A DNA stretch of 40,903 nt, taken from a virus. This document shows positions 23,079-32,615 of this stretch, one piece after another. The translations under genes were made by a program, and so were the position numbers. The stretch covers positions 1 to 40,903 of IMG/VR virus record IMGVR_UViG_3300001202_000008; one strand, written 5' to 3'. Every line of letters begins with the position of its first letter. Position 1 is the stretch's first letter. A model generated the notes under the pieces. The model searched no databases and was not told the origin of the DNA. It was given only the letters and a program-made list of their open reading frames with translations.

Positions 23079-25127
23079 TTAAAAAAAGCCAAACCCACCG
23101 CTAGACGTGCTCGTGATATCATAAATCGTGACGCTAACAAGCACAGATATTGTCTCGGCCCCCGCCGTGTTGCTATCCGTTATCGTGCATTTATACACGC
23201 CCGACAAGATTTCATCTATTCCCGGCGTTCCTGTAAAGGTTGTGCCGGCATCGTTTGGCGTGCCGATCGTTAAGACATCTCCCGATTGCCGCTCCCAGCT
23301 ATATGTAAATGGCGCAACCCCGTTGGTTAGCGAAACATTAACGGTTGGTGTTGTTGCGGCATTACCATCATTTGCCGACGCCTGCACGGGTGATGGTGTT
23401 GCCATAGCGGTAAAACCACTTGAATTTGATGCCGAGACAACATTGCCAGCTTGAGAGTCGAGCTCATTAACAATAGACCCTCGGCCTGTGATTACTACAT
23501 CATCAAGAGAGACATCGCCCTCAATTATTGCCGTGACGTCAGCACTCACCTCGGCAAACCTATAATTGTAAGCCTCATCAAAGTGCCTAGGTAAAGCTGT
23601 CTGTTGATGTGGCGGGGCGGTGCCAGTTTGCGGCAAGGCTGTTGTGTGCTTGTCTGAATGTTCTGTTTTCAAAACCAACTCGACTTGGCCCGTATCAACC
23701 CGCTCGGTTGTTTGTGTGATTATGGCCTGCCCCGTTAATCCAAATTGGGCGAGGTCCAAGTCCATTGCGTCACCTATATTGTAATTTAAAAACCGCCGCC
23801 CCACCAACATCGATAAGCCAGATATCTCAACACTTTCAAATGCTCTATAAATAGACAACTGCGCACCCTGAGACGCCGCCGTCACAAGTGAGAACGGTTG
23901 CTCTCTTAATCTTTCCTCGCCATGCAGGGTGACTAAAGCCGATATAGCAATCGACTCACTCTCGACATAAGCCCAATCATTTGCCTCACTTCTATATTTT
24001 GGGATTACGGTATTAAAGCCAACTCGGCGTTGCTTTACACCCGGCACAGACAAAGGGCCCTCGAGATCGGCCTCGGTGATCGTATCAAGAGAGACCTTGG
24101 GAGATGTTGAGATGACCCGCAAAATGCCGCCGTCATTTGTCGGCACGCAAGCACTCGCCTCTAAGATTAGCTTTAGATTGTTCCAAATCTCACCGTCTTC
24201 GCCGTTCTCATAAACGACACCCCCGAGGGTCCACCCGTTTGCATCCGCTATATTAGCGGCCTCAATGAATGAGGGTATGTCAATGGCATCAACCGGGAGA
24301 CCTCCCCCGCAAACATGCGACCCGTTTTGGTATCTGCCAAAAACATACGTCAAGGCGTGCAATGGTGGATTTTGTGAATAGGTGTAAGTTGCCTCTTGGC
24401 CTATCCTGTGAGAGCCCGACCCTCCCGCAATAGTGTCGTCTAACCTCGGGTCATAGCATTTCACCCCTCTAATCACGAGTGAGAATTTTGGTGGCCCGCC
24501 GCTATAGTGTGTCTCGTCGCTATCCAATAACATAGAGAATTGAGCTGCACACATACCTGATAGTTTGTGACCGCTACCCCAATGACTAAAGCCACCCGCA
24601 TTGGTGTTGAGGGCTGTGGCGGGCGTGTTGCCGAGGCGATTGTCGTGCCGCATGTACTTGTCATAATAACCGTTTGCGATGCCGCCCAAGCTGGCAAATG
24701 TTACCGGGTTATTGTTGACCAAAATACTATCTATAGATTGCACCGGGCCCGCGCCAGAATATACAAATGTTTGCGTCATCCAAGGGTTAGGAATATCCTC
24801 GCGATCACTGCCATGTGACTCTTGGTGAACAAGATTGCCATAGACCTTTGACCTGCCCATAACGTAAGGGAATGGCGTTGACGGGCCGATCGTGTAATCA
24901 TCGAGCGTCAAAACTGAGCGAGGCGGTTTTGCCGTCAACTGCGCAATAGCTCCCGCCGCCGATGAGATCGCCGCAAACGGCGCGGCAAGGGGTGGGGCTA
25001 TAAAGGACAAAACCCCCGCCGCAATACCCGCTACTTTTGAGATACCTTTTGCAATCTTAGACACGCCACGCCCTCTCAGGTAATAAGTCCACAACCGAGC
25101 AATATGGGTGCTCTGAGGGATAGCCAA
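23079..25127 (-). CDS. Host-specificity / central tail protein (lambda J-like, GTA g15-like) with a C-terminal Ig-like domain
   Basis: Gly/Ala-rich N-terminus, PKFSLVIRGVKCYDPR. C-terminal PFTYSWERQSGD...GVYKCTITD is Ig/PKD-like. An alternative GTG start at 25064 overlaps the upstream stop. Confidence 0.8.
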   Translation of the reverse strand: MAIPQSTHIARLWTYYLRGRGVSKIAKGISKVAGIAAGVLSFIAPPLAAPFAAISSAAGAIAQLTAKPPRSVLTLDDYTIGPSTPFPYVMGRSKVYGNLVHQESHGSDREDIPNPWMTQTFVYSGAGPVQSIDSILVNNNPVTFASLGGIANGYYDKYMRHDNRLGNTPATALNTNAGGFSHWGSGHKLSGMCAAQFSMLLDSDETHYSGGPPKFSLVIRGVKCYDPRLDDTIAGGSGSHRIGQEATYTYSQNPPLHALTYVFGRYQNGSHVCGGGLPVDAIDIPSFIEAANIADANGWTLGGVVYENGEDGEIWNNLKLILEASACVPTNDGGILRVISTSPKVSLDTITEADLEGPLSVPGVKQRRVGFNTVIPKYRSEANDWAYVESESIAISALVTLHGEERLREQPFSLVTAASQGAQLSIYRAFESVEISGLSMLVGRRFLNYNIGDAMDLDLAQFGLTGQAIITQTTERVDTGQVELVLKTEHSDKHTTALPQTGTAPPHQQTALPRHFDEAYNYRFAEVSADVTAIIEGDVSLDDVVITGRGSIVNELDSQAGNVVSASNSSGFTAMATPSPVQASANDGNAATTPTVNVSLTNGVAPFTYSWERQSGDVLTIGTPNDAGTTFTGTPGIDEILSGVYKCTITDSNTAGAETISVLVSVTIYDITSTSSGGFGFF

Positions 25128-25470
25128 TAAATTTATTGCCGACGCATACGACCAACGCGCTCAACCCGCCCTCACCCTTTACCGATGCAAGATCGCCCAC
25201 AATCATCAAAGAGGGTGGAATCTCTAAACACATAGAGGAGATCAAGCTCTCGACATCTTTGTGCCCCGCGTCGTTTAGCCTTTTGATCGCCGTCTTTAAG
25301 CCAGAATATCGAGGGATGCGCTTGACCTTGTGCCCCATATTAACCAACTGCGTTCGAGCAAGCGTGATGCAATCCCTCGTGCCCCACTCAAACTCTTTGC
25401 CTCTAAATTTGTTAAGCGTCTTTTCAGTCGCCCGGGCTCGCTCGATCAATATCATTGCTTTTGCCCCCAA
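25057..25470 (-). CDS. GTA g14-like NlpC/P60-type cell-wall peptidase
   Basis: FEWGTRDCITLA (Cys), plus position in the conserved GTA-like order. Confidence 0.65.
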   Translation of the reverse strand: MGAKAMILIERARATEKTLNKFRGKEFEWGTRDCITLARTQLVNMGHKVKRIPRYSGLKTAIKRLNDAGHKDVESLISSMCLEIPPSLMIVGDLASVKGEGGLSALVVCVGNKFIGYPSEHPYCSVVDLLPERAWRV

Positions 25471-25997
25471 GGTTGAGGGATGGCTGTCCCTGTTGTGTTA
25501 TCGAGTCCCGCCTCGCCCGGCCAATTTTTACGGTGAAAAGCACTGTTCAAATTATTGCCCTTGTCAGTATTGAAAAACAAATCAATCGCGGTCGCGAATC
25601 CCACCTTAACCGCCAAGGCCCCTTTTGAGACATCCATGTGAGTATAGTCAAGTAAGCCAACAAAAGACTTTTCGGCGCTAATAATCAGGCCCGTGTCACG
25701 ATCTGCGCGAGCCTTGTAGAACGTTGATGGGGCCAACCTATTTTGTTCATTTTGCAATAGCAGGGCACCCGCCATGTCGGGTGGCGCAAATGTTAGCTCA
25801 AAGGATGGGGCCTCATCCCCTATGCCTGATGAGAAATTGTCAAAATCAACTATAGAACCGTAATTGGGAGATGCCGATTTGTACCTATTGCCATCATAGT
25901 CAAACTCGCCCGCCTCGGCATAATATATCGGCGTGACCGGGAGCTCTATCTTGGCCATGTAAACGAGCATTAAATTTGTTGATGAATAGGGCATCAA
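25452..25997 (-). CDS. GTA g13-like distal tail protein (DUF2163-like)
   Basis: Position and size in the GTA-like order; ELPVTPIYYAEAGEFDYDGNRY. Confidence 0.65.
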   Translation of the reverse strand: MMPYSSTNLMLVYMAKIELPVTPIYYAEAGEFDYDGNRYKSASPNYGSIVDFDNFSSGIGDEAPSFELTFAPPDMAGALLLQNEQNRLAPSTFYKARADRDTGLIISAEKSFVGLLDYTHMDVSKGALAVKVGFATAIDLFFNTDKGNNLNSAFHRKNWPGEAGLDNTTGTAIPQPWGQKQ

Positions 25998-26587
25998 GCG
26001 GTCTCCTCGACCTCAAATGAAATGGCCGTGATGCCTGCAAGCTGTAATTCCCACTTTAATTCACTACCCACCACCTTGCCTTGAATGACTGGCCGGGCAA
26101 ACTCGAGCGGTGAGGCGTCGGGTATTATAGCCCTAAGAGGTGGCTCAAATGTGACAGTGCCGCCACCACTTGCGTCGGCGATAAATTGCTCGCCCACCAT
26201 ATGCAAAAAAACATCATCACCAACCGACAAGCTGAAAAACTGCCCCTCTTTAACGAGAGCGTTTGGCGTAAACCCCGAAACGATCAAAGATGTTCCCGAT
26301 TGATCTGCACCGCTAGTGACCGGGCTACCCGTATTTAAGGGTTTAAAATCATTCAAGGGAAAAAAAGTCTTAAGCCCCCTAGTCTTTGCTTTTATAAGTC
26401 TTGCGACCGTTTTTCTGCCGAGGTCTTTCGACCGCATCAACGGGAGCTCAACGCTTATTGAGAATTTATTGCCGGGCCTGTCGGTCCTTGTGCTCTTGCC
26501 GCCGAGTAACGGGTCCGAATTAAAGCCATAATCTATGAGTTTTGGCGTCGCCGTGCGAGGATGAACGCCCTTAGGTAAGCTAATCAT
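25994..26587 (-). CDS. GTA g12-like distal tail protein (DUF2460-like)
   Basis: Immediately follows the tape measure gene with a 1-nt overlap. Size and order support the call. Confidence 0.65.
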   Translation of the reverse strand: MISLPKGVHPRTATPKLIDYGFNSDPLLGGKSTRTDRPGNKFSISVELPLMRSKDLGRKTVARLIKAKTRGLKTFFPLNDFKPLNTGSPVTSGADQSGTSLIVSGFTPNALVKEGQFFSLSVGDDVFLHMVGEQFIADASGGGTVTFEPPLRAIIPDASPLEFARPVIQGKVVGSELKWELQLAGITAISFEVEETA

Positions 26588-29130
26588 TATACAAGACTCC
26601 GTGAATTTTTCTTAGCGATCGTATTATTGAAATTATTAACACCTCTATTTGTTGTCACTTCGGCAATAGGCACAGCGACGTTTGCGGCCTCCTCTTTTAT
26701 GACGGGTCTAAACAAAGCACCCTCCTCAACCATGACCGTGACCATGCCGCCGATCTTATCATTTGGCACAATATTGCCTGAGCTCCCCGGCGTGTACCAC
26801 TCAGGGCCGTTCTCTCCCACGATATAGGTTTTGCTCGGGTCAACTGGCCCACCCTTAGCACGAAAGCCGCCGAATATTTTGCCTACCGCTCCGATCACAG
26901 ACCCAAACCCGCCACCACCGCCGCCGCCCGACAAGCCCTTGAGAGCGCCTAGAATACCGCCAATAATACCCTCAATGTCACCGCTCTTGAGAGCGCCGAG
27001 AAAGTCGGTGAAACTATTGAGGCTATCGGTGAACGCATCAACGCCCGTCTTGCCTGTTTTCTTAAGTTGAGCTTCGAGCTTTTTTGCGGCATCATCAGCT
27101 TGATCGAATTTGTCTCTCGACTCCACAACGCGCTCGGCCATCATGCGAGCCTCCGCCTCGGTGCCAGTAAAGCCAGCCTCGAGAATGCGCAACGTCTTGG
27201 CGGTGATCTCATATTCACGCCGAGATATTTGGAGCGCCGCCGCGAGCTTTTCATTCTCAATTATCTCATCCTCTACACTCTTTGTGACGGCCTGATTATC
27301 TTCGATAAGTTTTTGCGCCGCCTCTTTTCTAGCATCCTCGAGATCGATGACTTTTTGCCTACTCTCTTCGAGAGCGTCGGCTTGTGACCGGGCGGCATCC
27401 TCAATTGCCTGAAAACCCTCACGGCTCTCAACCATCTCAACCGCCATCTTGCGGGCCTCATCAGCTGTGCCTTGAAAGCCGTCTTTCATGATCGAGAGAT
27501 ACTCGGCGGTGATCTCATAATCGCGCTGAGATATTTTAAGGGCGTCACCCAATATCTTATTGCTCTCGATCTCCTCTCGATGATTATCAACAACCTTTGC
27601 ATGACTGTCGGCAAGTTTCTTTGCTGCCTTGTCCAGCTCTTTTGCTTTTTTCTCGGCATCCTTTTGAGCTTTCACAAGATCGGTTGTGACAGTCTTGACC
27701 TCAACGACATCGCCCCCAAACGTGCGATAGGCTTTGCCGAGCTTATCGATCTCATTAAGGTTTTTAGTTAACTCACGTTGGCTTGCCGCGATCGCCTTGG
27801 TCGTGGCCTCAACCTCTTTAGACTGCCGAGCAACGCCAATCTCACCAAAGCGAGAGGTTGAAACACCCCTCTTTTTACTCGTGAGTTTTGCTTGCTGTTT
27901 TTTCAGCAAAGCTTGTTGCTCCTCGAGACGGGCTTGCATTCGTTTTCTAATCGAGAGGGCCTCATCGAGATTGGCTTTGGCTTGAGCTTTCGTTGATGCG
28001 GTCTCACGACTGCGCACCTCAACACTTTCATCAATAAGACTGTAAAGCTCCTCTTTGGCCTTTTTTAGCTCCTCGGTTTTTTTCTTGTTGAGGATATACG
28101 CCCCGGTGAGCAATCCGATCGCGGCAATCACTAAGCCGACCGGGCCGAGGGCAACCGTCATCGCGGCACCAAGCCCGGTTGTTGCCCCGGTTGCTACCGC
28201 CAAAGCGGCACCCAATGGTGCCAGAACGGCGCTCAATGTTCCGATGATAGTCACCACCGGGCCGAGAGCGGTGAGCAATGCACCCATCACCAAGACGGTG
28301 TTTTGTGTGCTGTCTGCTAGGCCTGTAAACCAATTTATCGCAGATGCGGTTTTCTCAATGAGCGGCGTGAGAACGGGCAAGAGCTTTGTGCCGATAATAA
28401 CGCGCAACTCCTCAAAGGCCGCTTGAGCCGCTTTCAATTGGTTGGTCGCGCTACCTTGAGACCGAATGACATCACCCGTCGCCTCGGCGAGTTGCTCTTG
28501 GATTAACGCCGCCCGAGCAACGATCTTTTGTTGATCTGTGAATTTGCCGTTAACTTTCTCGAGACCAAGCTCGAGAGCCTTTGCCTCAGTTGCCGCCGCA
28601 TTGATAAACACGCCGACCGATTTCAATGGCTCGGCCTCGCCTGTAAGCCCTGAGAATAGCTTTTGTTGAGCGACCTCATTGGATAGGTCTTTAAAGCTGG
28701 CGAGGTCTTGCGTGAGCACTGAGAATTGCTTTGTCAGTTCGTTGGCTTGATCGGAGTCGAGTGCCTTGTTGAACAATGAAGCAAACGCGACAGAGCTCTC
28801 TTGCATCTCTTTGGTTGATCGCCCGAGAATATCGCCTGTTTCCTCGGCCCACTTTCGCATCGAATCCGATCCGCTTTTGAATGTCACATCAAAGGCGTTT
28901 TGCAGTTCTTCCATTTCCATTGCGGTCTTGATTGATGACGCGCCAACCGCCGCGAGCGGGGCCGAAATAAACAGGCTTAAGCTTTTACCCACGCCCTGAA
29001 CCTTTTTGCCAAAGGCTTGAAACGATCTCTGAGACCTCTTAAGCTTGCGATCTACTTGATCGACACCCTTCTCAAATGCGGCGGTGTCTGCCCCGAATAC
29101 CGCTCTTAGTGCTCCGACGATAAGTGACAT
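26587..29130 (-). CDS. Tape measure protein
   Basis: 847 aa, helical, with central TM-like segments (aa 270-345), a Gly run and an internal repeat. Located downstream of the G/GT genes. Confidence 0.9.
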   Translation of the reverse strand: MSLIVGALRAVFGADTAAFEKGVDQVDRKLKRSQRSFQAFGKKVQGVGKSLSLFISAPLAAVGASSIKTAMEMEELQNAFDVTFKSGSDSMRKWAEETGDILGRSTKEMQESSVAFASLFNKALDSDQANELTKQFSVLTQDLASFKDLSNEVAQQKLFSGLTGEAEPLKSVGVFINAAATEAKALELGLEKVNGKFTDQQKIVARAALIQEQLAEATGDVIRSQGSATNQLKAAQAAFEELRVIIGTKLLPVLTPLIEKTASAINWFTGLADSTQNTVLVMGALLTALGPVVTIIGTLSAVLAPLGAALAVATGATTGLGAAMTVALGPVGLVIAAIGLLTGAYILNKKKTEELKKAKEELYSLIDESVEVRSRETASTKAQAKANLDEALSIRKRMQARLEEQQALLKKQQAKLTSKKRGVSTSRFGEIGVARQSKEVEATTKAIAASQRELTKNLNEIDKLGKAYRTFGGDVVEVKTVTTDLVKAQKDAEKKAKELDKAAKKLADSHAKVVDNHREEIESNKILGDALKISQRDYEITAEYLSIMKDGFQGTADEARKMAVEMVESREGFQAIEDAARSQADALEESRQKVIDLEDARKEAAQKLIEDNQAVTKSVEDEIIENEKLAAALQISRREYEITAKTLRILEAGFTGTEAEARMMAERVVESRDKFDQADDAAKKLEAQLKKTGKTGVDAFTDSLNSFTDFLGALKSGDIEGIIGGILGALKGLSGGGGGGGFGSVIGAVGKIFGGFRAKGGPVDPSKTYIVGENGPEWYTPGSSGNIVPNDKIGGMVTVMVEEGALFRPVIKEEAANVAVPIAEVTTNRGVNNFNNTIAKKNSRSLV

Positions 29131-29782
29131 AGCTCGGCCCTTTGCTCTTTACTAGCGAGCGTTATTGCCCACTGTAATAACCCATCATCCGGGTCGTGCA
29201 ATTCTTGGTGCCGAGATGGTCTCTCGTTTATGTCGATATACAAGTCTTTGAGCTCTGGCAATTGTTTCGCTCGTGTGAATTGAGCAGTCATGTGAGCCAA
29301 CTGCAATCGCTCGTTAAATTGCCGACGCGCCCGCGTAAGGGCCGCATCCATGATTATCAAGTAAGTTCTTGGGGTCTCAAACCAAAAAGCATCAGGCTCA
29401 AAACCTGATGCAATCCAATCTTTATGCAAGGCGTTGTAGTCTGTGCCTAGCTCGTTTTGGTCTTTTTTTTAGCGTCATCATCACCGTCATCGCTCGGGAA
29501 CATATCAGGATATGCGCGAGCCATTGCGGCCTTTACTTTTTCGGCGCAATACTCAAGGCCAAGCTCATCAACGAGATCATAGACCTCTCTCAATGCCATG
29601 TCGTGATGATGCAATAAGCCCGCCCACAAAAACGCAACTTGAGCCGTTATTGATTGCGACTTGTCGGGATTGCGTAGTATGGCGGGTAATGGCCCCAAGA
29701 CCTCAGGGGCCTCGAGGCGAGATAAAGCGAACATGCTATAGCGCAATGTGAGTTCGTCATTGAGGGGGTAATCTTTTGACAT
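29106..29782 (-). CDS. Tail assembly chaperone GT fusion made by -1 frameshift at 29462-29468
   Basis: The 29106-29429 frame is -1 relative to 29447-29782 and open from the slippery site onward (..AKKK|DQNELGTDYNALHKDWIASGFEPDAFWFETPR..). The downstream ORF has only a TTG start. Confidence 0.65.
29447..29782 (-). CDS. Tail assembly chaperone G
   Basis: 111-aa acidic protein between the major tail and tape measure genes. It ends 13 nt after the slippery heptamer. Confidence 0.75.
   Translation of the reverse strand: MSKDYPLNDELTLRYSMFALSRLEAPEVLGPLPAILRNPDKSQSITAQVAFLWAGLLHHHDMALREVYDLVDELGLEYCAEKVKAAMARAYPDMFPSDDGDDDAKKKTKTS
29462..29468 (-). promoter_or_regulatory. Slippery heptamer A AAA AAG for a -1 programmed frameshift
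   Basis: Minus strand gct aaa aaa aag acc; the zero-frame phasing was verified codon by codon. Confidence 0.7.
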
Positions 29783-29793
29783 TGGCTAACCTG

Positions 29794-30252
29794 TTATGGG
29801 TCGGCTTGTGGTGTTTCAGTTGTCCCACCTGAGACCTTGCCCGTGAATGTGGCAACCCGCACGCCGCCGATTGGCGAGTCATCAGGCTCATAATTGGTGA
29901 TGACAACCATGCCCGTCACTGTGACCACTTTAGGCTCACCCGCCGCGTCCTTTGTTGGGACTGTGATCTCGAAAGCACGACACTCTTTAGAGGCGCGATG
30001 CTCACGCAAAAGCAAGTCGGTAGGGCTACCTGCTAAATAATGAACGGTGCCCGAGATGTCGCCCGGCTCTGTTAAGCCCGCGATATATTCTTTAATGCCG
30101 CCCGAGCCTTGGTGAGTTGTTTCGATAGTCTCAACAACCTCTGTCGGTGGCTTGATTGAAACTAGGTTTGCAAGAGCTATAAGAGCGCCCGCCGCGTTTG
30201 TGAGCTTAAGGACATTGCCGCCGCCCAAGATTTGATTGTTGTTGCCGCTCAT
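29794..30252 (-). CDS. Major tail protein (TP901-1/GTA g9-like)
   Basis: 152 aa, beta-rich, in the canonical position. Confidence 0.75.
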   Translation of the reverse strand: MSGNNNQILGGGNVLKLTNAAGALIALANLVSIKPPTEVVETIETTHQGSGGIKEYIAGLTEPGDISGTVHYLAGSPTDLLLREHRASKECRAFEITVPTKDAAGEPKVVTVTGMVVITNYEPDDSPIGGVRVATFTGKVSGGTTETPQADP

Positions 30253-30328
30253 GATGATCGAGTCCTTACCTGATTTAAGTTGACGTTTTCAGCGATAAGG
30301 CAAAAAATATATTATTACAAGAGGGGCT

Positions 30329-30775
30329 TTAGTTCGATTTATATTGCCACCACACCATAAAGTCGGCTTCGTAATGAAAGACGCGATCACCACCCTTGGC
30401 ATCCATGACGGGCATATCTCGACCGTTATCAAGCAAGACCCTATCGATGCGCACGTCATCATCTTCAAAAGATGGCCAAACCCCATCGACCTCACCGAAT
30501 ATGTCTTTTACACGCCTAAAGGCGAATGTGACCTCGGCAAAACTCAAGCCCCAAAAGTCCATTTGCACCCGATCTGAGACAAGACGGCCAACGCCTTTTT
30601 GAATTTTAGTGTCTGCGATCGATACCGATCTCAACGTCATGGCGGGGTATTGCCCACTGTCGGGGCGGGTCATCCAATCAACCATCGAGCGCGAGTCGGC
30701 ACCCGTGGTCTTTGATGCTAGAATTTCAGTGAGCGCCTGATCGGCCCGTAATAACGCTATGAGAGTTTCTTTCAT
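30329..30775 (-). CDS. Tail terminator-like protein (DUF3168/GTA g8-like)
   Basis: Size and position; N-terminal LLRADQALTEIL pattern. Confidence 0.65.
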   Translation of the reverse strand: MKETLIALLRADQALTEILASKTTGADSRSMVDWMTRPDSGQYPAMTLRSVSIADTKIQKGVGRLVSDRVQMDFWGLSFAEVTFAFRRVKDIFGEVDGVWPSFEDDDVRIDRVLLDNGRDMPVMDAKGGDRVFHYEADFMVWWQYKSN

Positions 30776-30781
30776 GATCGA

Positions 30782-31252
30782 TTAACCTTGTTTTAGCTTT
30801 GCCGCATCTCTTGCAAGTTTTCGGCTATGTCTCAAGAGGGATTTTTCGATCTCATCCCACATCTCATCTTTGAATGTTACGAGCACTTGCATCTTTGTGG
30901 CATCCCATGATGGGCGCATGAATGGTTGAGCCCCGTGGTTGATATTGCCAAACTCTTGTTGAGCCGCATAGTTTACGCCGCCCTTGCCGCCTCGCGGCCC
31001 AACGGCCATCTCGACCTCGCTTTTTTGATGCTTGCGGTGACGGCGTGAGACCCGACCAACGATGATGCTATCACTAAGCTCACCGCCACCGGGCCCATCA
31101 AATACCGGGGCCTTAAGTTGCGCCAGTTCCTTTGTCTGCATCAGTGAGGTTTTCATCGCCCGTCTCACCGTTGCCTTTGCTGTTGTTGTTTTTAGCAGAA
31201 AAAGACTTTGCTCCATTTCCCGAAACCCCTCGACCTTTACCTTGAACGACAT
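30782..31252 (-). CDS. HK97 gp10-family head-tail joining protein
   Basis: VKVEGFREMEQSL....ATVRRAMKTSL....LAQLKAPVFDGPGGGELSDSIIV. Confidence 0.75.
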   Translation of the reverse strand: MSFKVKVEGFREMEQSLFLLKTTTAKATVRRAMKTSLMQTKELAQLKAPVFDGPGGGELSDSIIVGRVSRRHRKHQKSEVEMAVGPRGGKGGVNYAAQQEFGNINHGAQPFMRPSWDATKMQVLVTFKDEMWDEIEKSLLRHSRKLARDAAKLKQG

Positions 31253-31388
31253 TGGTTTTTACCTCTTTAACAAGTTTTGCTTTGATCTCGGCGGTTGGGT
31301 TTGGGTGATCGTAAACGTCGCCTTTTTTATTCTCATAGCTCACGCCGTAATTGTTATAGTGAGGCTTGAGGGTTTTTACTTTTACCAT
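31113..31388 (-). CDS. Small protein with a low-complexity tail, paralogue of 32293-32601
   Basis: MVKVKTLKPHYNNYGVSYENKKGDVYDHPNP...LVKEV resembles MEKYKVIWPHYGDKPYNVGDIREAHPARVKHLVKNG. AAGGTAAG SD. The last 140 nt overlap the gp10-like gene. Confidence 0.45.
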   Translation of the reverse strand: MVKVKTLKPHYNNYGVSYENKKGDVYDHPNPTAEIKAKLVKEVKTNVVQGKGRGVSGNGAKSFSAKNNNSKGNGETGDENLTDADKGTGAT

Positions 31389-31392
31389 GATC

Positions 31393-31770
31393 TTACCTTT
31401 TGCTTGTTGCGGTGATGATGTAAGCCTTGCCCCGGTCTCGACCTGTGGCGGGCTCAATAGCCTCGATGTCCCATGTTACGTCATCAAAAGCAAGTCGATG
31501 CTTTTTTGCCCTGATGCTTGATGTGAGCGGTGATTTTCTGACTTGCACCGTGACGGGCATCACGGATTGCTCTTGAGCGGCACCGACCCGGCGCTCGCCG
31601 CCTGAGCCATATTCGATCTTGGCCCATATGTCATCGCCCGCGCCGCTACCCCCATCAGCATTGCCATGAGCCTTGACGGATTGGCCGAAAGCATCCTCAT
31701 TGGCTACCGATTGAGATGCGGTCGTGACGCCTTGAACGGTGATGCGTCGATCGTAATCACCCGCCGCCAC
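31393..31770 (-). CDS. Head-tail adaptor / head closure protein
   Basis: RRITVQGVTT...DAFGQ...WAKIEYGSGGER...VTVQVRK pattern. Confidence 0.8.
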   Translation of the reverse strand: MAAGDYDRRITVQGVTTASQSVANEDAFGQSVKAHGNADGGSGAGDDIWAKIEYGSGGERRVGAAQEQSVMPVTVQVRKSPLTSSIRAKKHRLAFDDVTWDIEAIEPATGRDRGKAYIITATSKR

Positions 31771-32288
31771 TAGACCCGCTCTCCTCGCACCGAGTGAATT
31801 AAAGACTTGACGCCCATCGGTAACTCACTGGCGATCGTGCCGACAACCACGGCCTCTCGGTGCTCGTACTGATGAGACACCAACAACCTCAAAGCCTGAA
31901 TGATCTTTTTAGGCACCGCGTTATCGGCATATCCGACCGTCGCATTGATATGAACATCAGACCGAGACAAAGATTGAGGCCAGCTAAAACCGACTTGCGG
32001 AACAAGCTTGTCGCTATCGTATAGGCGAAAGTCTGTGAATGTGGCTTCAACACCATCCTCATCGAGATAGGTGACGCTATCGACCGACACGACCGGGCCC
32101 GTGCAAATCACGAGCTCCGATGTGAAGCGCGGCAACTTTTCAACGACCTGCCTCTCACTCAAAGCAATGTCGGCATAATCCTCAACCCAATTGATCGCCG
32201 CATCAATATAGGATTGCACGAGATCGTCATCGTAAGAGCCATCAATGCGGCAATGCTTTCTTGTGAGTGCGAGGTCTAGCACTGGCAT
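31770..32288 (-). CDS. gp6-like head-tail connector protein
   Basis: LTRKHCRIDGSYDDDLVQSYIDAAINWVEDY pattern and position. Confidence 0.8.
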   Translation of the reverse strand: MPVLDLALTRKHCRIDGSYDDDLVQSYIDAAINWVEDYADIALSERQVVEKLPRFTSELVICTGPVVSVDSVTYLDEDGVEATFTDFRLYDSDKLVPQVGFSWPQSLSRSDVHINATVGYADNAVPKKIIQALRLLVSHQYEHREAVVVGTIASELPMGVKSLIHSVRGERV

Positions 32289-32292
32289 GATC

Positions 32293-32601
32293 TTAGCCCT
32301 TTAGCTTTCTACGATCGTGAAAGCTTTTGCCCGGGGTCTTTTTGTTATCAGGCGATGAGGGCATTGATTTATTTGAGATCGTTGCCGATGTCTCAGCTTT
32401 GTTTGATGTTGGTTTTTCGTCAGCTTTTTTCACGGGCTCACCTTTGTCTTTGGGTTTGCTTTTCTTGGCCTCTCTTGGGATTAGCTCGAGGGTGCCGTTT
32501 TTAACGAGGTGCTTGACCCGCGCCGGGTGAGCTTCTCGAATGTCACCAACATTATATGGTTTGTCGCCGTAGTGCGGCCAAATGACCTTGTATTTTTCCA
32601 T
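32293..32601 (-). CDS. Small protein with a Lys/Ser/Pro-rich tail (paralogue of 31113-31388)
   Basis: 102-aa ORF just after the capsid terminator, with GGAGTGAG upstream. Confidence 0.55.
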   Translation of the reverse strand: MEKYKVIWPHYGDKPYNVGDIREAHPARVKHLVKNGTLELIPREAKKSKPKDKGEPVKKADEKPTSNKAETSATISNKSMPSSPDNKKTPGKSFHDRRKLKG

Positions 32602-32615
32602 GATCTCACTCCAAT

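Noticed and set aside
23079-23400. Diversity-generating retroelement targeting the Ig-like C-terminus of the host-specificity protein
   Set aside because: There is no reverse transcriptase gene, and I could not see a template-repeat copy of this segment anywhere in the window.
26860-26960. Gly-run (GGGGGGFG) and Pro-rich antisense ORFs near the tape measure 3' end as a separate feature
   Set aside because: Low-complexity Gly stretches are common in tape measure C-termini. The antisense poly-Pro ORF is their complement.
30253-30328. An internal promoter or terminator in the 76-bp gap upstream of the major tail gene
   Set aside because: There are only weak -35/-10-like hexamers (TTGTAA...TTATCG) and no stable hairpin. 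Support is insufficient.
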